This document shows, piece by piece, positions 18,031 through 22,347 of a DNA stretch of 22,347 bases. The notes under the pieces are model-generated. The model was not told the origin of the DNA. It saw nothing but the letters and a program-made list of their open reading frames with translations, and did not search any database. The stretch comes from Pedosphaera sp. (GTDB lineage Bacteria > Verrucomicrobiota > Verrucomicrobiia > Limisphaerales > SIBH01), in the NCBI GenBank assembly GCA_031414955.1, contig JANOQV010000197.1, positions 1 through 22,347 of the forward strand. Direction: 5' to 3'. A program made the position numbers and the translations under genes. Numbering within the stretch: the first letter of the stretch is position 1; each line of letters begins with the position of its first letter.

Positions 18031-18957
18031 ATGAGCCACCCGATTCACCTCATCCTGTCCGCTGGCACGCGCGTCGTGACGCGCAACGACGCCAATCGTA
18101 TCGGTGGCGGGTCACGCATCGCGGCTGGCGCAGTGGCGGTCATCACCGACTCGCCCGCCGACGCGCAGCACGCCTACAAAGTGCGGTGCAACGACGGTGC
18201 CGAAGCCATGCTCCGCCGGACCGAGTTCTCCATCCTCAAGGAGTTCAAAGGCGAAGGCATCGAGACGACGGCACGAGGGATCGACTTCGAAGACTGGCAA
18301 CCCTTCATCATCTACCGCTGCGTCGTGGGCTCGCAGGCGTATGGCCTCAGCGATGAAAGTTCGGACGTGGATCGCCGTGGCATTTACCTGCCACCCGCCG
18401 AACTCCACTGGTCCCTCTACGGCGTGCCCGAGCAGATCGAGAGCAACGACACCCAGGAAGCCTACTGGGAACTCCAGAAATTCCTCGTCATGGCCCTCAA
18501 AGCCAATCCGAACATCCTCGAATGTCTGCACACCCCGCTCGTCGAGCACGCCACGCCGCTCGCGCAGGAACTGGTGGCCCACCGCAAGATGTTTCTCTCC
18601 AAGCTCATTTACCAGACCTACAACGGCTACGTGATGAGCCAGTTCAAGAAGCTGGAGCAGGACCTCCGCGCCCGCGGCGAGATCAAATGGAAACACGCCA
18701 TGCACCTCATGCGCCTGTTACTCTCCGGCATCTCTGCGCTGAGGGAGGGCGACCTTCGCCTGCGCCTGGACGAAGAGCGTGACGCCCTGCTCGCCATCAA
18801 ACGCGGCGAACGCCCGTGGCCGGACGTCAACGCCTGGCGCCTGCGCCTGCACAAAGAATTCGACGAAGCGTTTGCCTCCACTCAATTGCCCGAACGCCCG
18901 GATTACGCCTGGGCCAATGAGTTGTTGCTGAGGGCGAGGAGGAAAATGGTTGAATGA
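18031..18957 (+). CDS. RlaP/YcgL-like nucleotidyltransferase (Pol-beta superfamily, PF10127/COG3541 type) with an N-terminal SH3-like extension, 308 aa
   Basis: Catalytic signature GSQAYGLSDESSDVDRRGIY (GS...DxD), followed by WELQKFLVMALKANPNILECL and KWKHAMHLMRLLLSG, all typical of the family. ATG 18031 is preferred over TTG 17926 because coding-like codon usage begins there. Confidence 0.88.
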   Translation: MSHPIHLILSAGTRVVTRNDANRIGGGSRIAAGAVAVITDSPADAQHAYKVRCNDGAEAMLRRTEFSILKEFKGEGIETTARGIDFEDWQPFIIYRCVVGSQAYGLSDESSDVDRRGIYLPPAELHWSLYGVPEQIESNDTQEAYWELQKFLVMALKANPNILECLHTPLVEHATPLAQELVAHRKMFLSKLIYQTYNGYVMSQFKKLEQDLRARGEIKWKHAMHLMRLLLSGISALREGDLRLRLDEERDALLAIKRGERPWPDVNAWRLRLHKEFDEAFASTQLPERPDYAWANELLLRARRKMVE

Positions 18958-18998
18958 GCATGATAGACGAGCTTTTCATTTCCGTCCTTAGTCTATGA
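18954..18998 (+). CDS. Possible 14-aa coupling mini-ORF (MSMIDELFISVLSL)
   Basis: Its ATG overlaps the nucleotidyltransferase stop (ATGA 18954-57) and its TGA overlaps the ankyrin start (ATGA 18995-98). GAGGAGG at 18936-18942 lies upstream. Confidence 0.3.
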   Translation: MSMIDELFISVLSL

Positions 18999-21661
18999 AT
19001 AAATCCAAACAAGCAGGAGCCATCCCCGACAAAGCTTTCTTGGATGCGGCCATGAAAGGCAATCTGAAGGAGGTTCAGCGCCGCATCGCCGCAGGAGCGA
19101 ACTTGAACGCGGTGGGCAAAGGGGAGCCGCCGGTTCTCTTTGCCGCCATTGTGAGCGGCAAAATCGAAGTGATCGAGGCGCTGCTGGCCGCCGGCGCGGA
19201 CGTTAACAAGATCGTTTATCCAAACGGTGCCAGTGTCAAAAGCACTCCCCTCTGTTTTGCCATCGAACGAGACCAATGGGAAATCGCCCAAGCTCTGCTC
19301 CAAGCCGGGGCAGACGTGGCGTTGAATCCCTGGGGTGACGAGAACGCCGCAGGTGCGGCAGCTGAGAAAGCTTCGAGAGCTTATTACACGCTCAACACGC
19401 CGGAGGATGACTGGCTCGGCGAACGGCGGACAAAAGCGGTCATGGAGAAAGCAAAGGCAGCTTGTGAACGGTGGATGCAGTTCGTCCGCAACGCCATCGC
19501 GCAAGGCGTCAAGGTGCGTGATTACTGGCTCTGGAATGCCGTCAGCGCCCGCCATGATGAACTGGCTTTCCTGCTCATTTCCGCCGGAGTGAATCCGGAT
19601 GCTGCGCCTCATGGAAGTTCTGCGCTGGTGCGGGCGATTGAACATGGTCGCAATGATGTCGCGCTGGCTCTTATCAAGGCCGGTGCCGATCTGAATCTTA
19701 AAGCCAAGACTGCGCCGCTCTTGGCCGCCGTTCAGAAAGACAGTTTTGCTGTCGTGTCTGCGTTACTGGAGGCCGGGGCAGACATTAATTTGACCGACAC
19801 CGTAGTGATCGGAACGACGCGTAAGGGACTAAGTGCCAAAATGGAAATCGCCGAGGCGAGCACGGTGTTGATTGTCGCGGTAAGACTGAAGAAGCAGCAC
19901 TTGGTCGAACTCCTTCTCAAACATGGAGCAGATTTGGGTCTTGGTGACAAACATGGCGTTACGGCCTTGGCATGGGCACAACGGCTTGGTCACACCGACA
20001 TTTCCGCTATCTTGCGTCAAGCCGGGGCAAGCGAGCCGGAATTTCTCGAAGGTTCTCTCGATAACGCCCTTTGGGCAGCGGCGCAGCAAGGAGAGGTTCA
20101 AAAAGTGGAAACACTTTTGCGACGCGGTGCGGTGCCGGATAAGGCCGTCGAGGATCGCGAGGGCAAGCATCTCCCTCTTGTTTCTGCAGCGAGACGCGGC
20201 CACATCGGTGTCGTAGAGGTTCTGCTTCGTGGCGGGGCCAACGTAAATGCTGGCGCTACGGAGAATTGGAATGCCGGTGTCACGCCCCTGATGGCTGCGG
20301 CGCGGCAAGGCCATGTTGAAGTGATCAAGGTGCTGCTCGCCTCGGGCGCTAACCTGCACGCCAAAGATCAGGGCTATGAAGATGGCGGTGAGACTGCGCT
20401 GCACTACGCAGCCCGTGGTGGTCATGTCTCCGTAATTCAGGCGCTGGTTGGTGCCGGGGCCAAAGTCAACGCCAAGGCGAAAGGCGGAAACACTCCGCTA
20501 TCCATCGCTGTGGCTGAGAAAAAACGAACTGCCGTCAACGCGCTTCTTAAACTTGGTGCTGACCCTAATGGTTCTGATCCATTGACCACGGCAGCAATGG
20601 AAGGTGATGTCGAGACCATAAAAATACTGCTTGAATGCGGCGCACAGCCAACACCAAGCAAAAAATCTGAATTCAACGCCTTGCACGCGGCAGCCTCAGA
20701 AGGGTCTGTTGAAATAATCAAACTGCTTCTCGACGCCGGTGCGGCAGTTGACGCCGCAGGAGCCACAGGCGACACCGCACTAAATTACGCGGCTTTGTAT
20801 GGGCATGACGAGATTGTGGAGATCTTGCTCAAGGCAGGTGCCAATCCGAACGTAGCGAATCGAGATGGTTTCACTCCGGTGATGGGCGCAGCGCGTTCGG
20901 GCGAAACGAAAGTCGTGCAACAGCTTCTTGATGCCCGATCCAATGTCCACGCGTCCGCAACCGATGGTCGTACCGCAATCAAAATTGCTCGTGAGATGCG
21001 CAACAAGGGAACCCTGTCGCTGTTGGAAGCTGCCGCAAAAGAACAACCATTGACGAAGTCTCCAAAAGCGCCCCCGAAGCCAAAGAAGCGGGTGGAGGAG
21101 GAAGAATTCGAGGCTCCCGACTTTTCCACGACAGCTCAGAGCGATGAGTTTCAGGGAACTTTGCATGAGGTAGAAGGCCTGTGCAGTGCAAAAGCTACTA
21201 AACTCGGCGATATCGCCGGAGGCTATTCTTTTGCCGTGCCACGCGCGGTGGCAGAAAAGTTGATCACGGAACATCACTCACGCCTTCGAGAGAAAGGCGC
21301 GTATTTTTTCCGATATCACCGCGATCACCGCGACATCACGGACAAGCTGGGCTTGTTGCCTACGCGCAAATGGGAAGATCTCATCCGGGCGTTTCAAACC
21401 AATGGTGCCAATTATGATTTGATGCCCATCGACATCGCGCGGTGGCTGGAGAAATTTTCCGCGCAACAGCCCGTGGTCATCACCGGTGTCAGCGGGGACT
21501 GGCTCGAAGGACGTATCACAGGAAAAATCACCAATGCCCGAAAGCTGGCAAAGCAGATGTATGAGTTTTGCCCCGATATCGTGGACCAAGGAATCGGCTC
21601 CGTGAAGGATTTGGCACGGGCGCTGGAAAAGGACGGTTACTTTTTCTTTTGGTGGGACTGA
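18995..21661 (+). CDS. Ankyrin-repeat protein (about 18 repeats) with a C-terminal DUF4253 domain, 888 aa
   Basis: Repeated GxTPLxxAAxxGHxEVVxxLLxxGADVN-type units over roughly the first 680 aa, then a K/P/E-rich linker. The C-terminus YEFCPDIVDQG...YFFFWWD is the DUF4253 signature. No signal peptide is visible. Confidence 0.9.
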   Translation: MNKSKQAGAIPDKAFLDAAMKGNLKEVQRRIAAGANLNAVGKGEPPVLFAAIVSGKIEVIEALLAAGADVNKIVYPNGASVKSTPLCFAIERDQWEIAQALLQAGADVALNPWGDENAAGAAAEKASRAYYTLNTPEDDWLGERRTKAVMEKAKAACERWMQFVRNAIAQGVKVRDYWLWNAVSARHDELAFLLISAGVNPDAAPHGSSALVRAIEHGRNDVALALIKAGADLNLKAKTAPLLAAVQKDSFAVVSALLEAGADINLTDTVVIGTTRKGLSAKMEIAEASTVLIVAVRLKKQHLVELLLKHGADLGLGDKHGVTALAWAQRLGHTDISAILRQAGASEPEFLEGSLDNALWAAAQQGEVQKVETLLRRGAVPDKAVEDREGKHLPLVSAARRGHIGVVEVLLRGGANVNAGATENWNAGVTPLMAAARQGHVEVIKVLLASGANLHAKDQGYEDGGETALHYAARGGHVSVIQALVGAGAKVNAKAKGGNTPLSIAVAEKKRTAVNALLKLGADPNGSDPLTTAAMEGDVETIKILLECGAQPTPSKKSEFNALHAAASEGSVEIIKLLLDAGAAVDAAGATGDTALNYAALYGHDEIVEILLKAGANPNVANRDGFTPVMGAARSGETKVVQQLLDARSNVHASATDGRTAIKIAREMRNKGTLSLLEAAAKEQPLTKSPKAPPKPKKRVEEEEFEAPDFSTTAQSDEFQGTLHEVEGLCSAKATKLGDIAGGYSFAVPRAVAEKLITEHHSRLREKGAYFFRYHRDHRDITDKLGLLPTRKWEDLIRAFQTNGANYDLMPIDIARWLEKFSAQQPVVITGVSGDWLEGRITGKITNARKLAKQMYEFCPDIVDQGIGSVKDLARALEKDGYFFFWWD

Positions 21662-21894
21662 ATGCGCAACGCAAACCAGCATTAACTGATGACCATCGAC
21701 CCACGCCTTCACCGCATCGTGGCCGCGCAGCCGAATCCGCTGTTATTTACCACGATCAGCGGGGCGCATCTCTACGGATTTCCGTCGCCGGACTCGGATT
21801 ACGATTTGCGCGGGGCGCATGTCTTGCCGCTCGACGCGGTCGTAGGGCTGGAGGTGCGGGACGAGACGGTGCAGCAGGAGATGATTGTTATCGC

Positions 21895-21942
21895 GGACAC
21901 TCATCTGGCCTGCGGTCACTTTCTCCCCAGAGCGGAGAAGGA
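21895..21942. repeat. Degenerate two-hairpin palindromic element of the CCCTCATCCGGCCTTCGGCCACCTTCTCCC...GGGAGAAGG type, inserted in the pseudogene
   Basis: CACTCATC-TGGCC-tgc-GGTCA-CTTTCTCC-ccagagc-GGAGAAGG sits at the first frameshift. The family resemblance is from recall, and the boundaries are approximate. Confidence 0.65.
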
Positions 21943-22104
21943 GCGTTGGAGATGGACATCGTGAGCCATGACGTGAAGAAGTTCTTCGGCTTGTTGCTCA
22001 AGAAGAACGGTTACGTCCTAGAGCAGCTTTGCTCGCCACTCATCGTTCACACCACACCGGAGCACGCGGAGTTGATGGAGATTTGCCGGACGCGTCTCAG
22101 TCGG

Positions 22105-22175
22105 CGTAGCAGCCGAGGTCACGAGGCTAATTCTGATTCCGGAAAGGTCAGAGTCTCCTCACGTCGTCTGCTACG
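22105..22175. repeat. GTAG-family REP-like inverted doublet within an 86-bp insertion (22090-22175)
   Basis: Arms CGTAGCAGCCGAGGTCACGAGGCT (22105-28) and AGTCTCCTCACGTCGTCTGCTACG (22152-75) match at 19 of 24 positions as an inverted repeat, with GTAG/CTAC ends. Removing 22090-22175 restores the reading EICR-GVITKHH. Confidence 0.8.
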
Positions 22176-22270
22176 GGGGTGATTACGAAGCACCACTCGC
22201 ATCACTACTTCAGCTTTGCGGAGACGCAGTGGAAGGTCTTCGACAACCCTCCGCCCGCTCTGCGCGGGCT

Positions 22271-22298
22271 GGTTGGGTCGCAGCGCGACCCGACCCAC
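22271..22298 (-). repeat. REP-like hairpin with a GTGG foot on the minus strand
   Basis: GGTTGGGTCGC-agc-GCGACCCGACC-CAC forms an 11-bp stem with one G-T pair. It lies just after the point where nucleotidyltransferase similarity ends. Confidence 0.5.
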
Positions 22299-22347
22299 CA
22301 CTCTGGTATTATTGGCCCGTTTTGATTTTTGATGCCTCCGCCATGAA

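Larger units (their letters stand above)
21689..22325 (+). pseudogene. Disrupted second PF10127-type nucleotidyltransferase
   Basis: Family-like sequence is spread over three frames: 21689-~21889 (TISGAHLYGFPSPDSDYDLRGAH), 21946-22089 (LEMDIVSHDVKKFFGLLLKKNGYVLEQL..SPL..EICR) and 22176-~22244 (GVITKHHSHHYFSFAETQWKVFD). Unrelated sequence then runs to TGA at 22323-22325. The helical C-terminal part is missing from the window. Confidence 0.85.

Noticed and set aside
18951..21668. TGAATGAGCA / TGAATGCGCA (9 of 10 match) flanking the ankyrin gene as a target-site duplication
   Set aside because: Both copies coincide with gene-end stop/start contexts that explain much of the match, and there are no terminal inverted repeats, transposase or integrase.
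21568..22182. 204-aa ORF as an independent gene
   Set aside because: Only 21946-22089 is meaningful, as the middle fragment of the pseudogene; the rest is off-frame or repeat-derived.
22343..22347. ATG at the window edge as the start of a next gene
   Set aside because: Only five bases are visible, so it cannot be supported.

Overview
GC-rich bacterial DNA, probably Verrucomicrobiota (Pedosphaerales/Limisphaerales-like); the taxon is inferred from protein style and repeat types, not from a marker gene. All real genes are on the + strand. Two tandem giant exported proteins fill about 80% of the window: one is 5'-truncated (>3146 aa) and the other is about 2732 aa with a signal peptide. Each combines Ig-like repeats, jelly-roll modules, a CotH-type kinase domain, 7-8 lamin-tail domains and a shared C-terminal motif. 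Between them lie a clear intrinsic terminator, a G-run tract and a highly structured candidate leader RNA. Downstream is a pair of RlaP/YcgL-type (PF10127, Pol-beta superfamily) nucleotidyltransferase genes, split by a lower-GC ankyrin-repeat/DUF4253 gene. The second nucleotidyltransferase is a pseudogene, broken in three places by three different palindromic REP-like elements. The most unusual sequence-level signals are (1) a strong switch from C-ending to G/T-ending codons inside the first giant gene, (2) a switch-like leader that could mask the RBS of the second giant gene, and (3) a 14-codon ORF that couples the nucleotidyltransferase stop to the ankyrin start. Family assignments come from motif recognition by eye; no searches were run.
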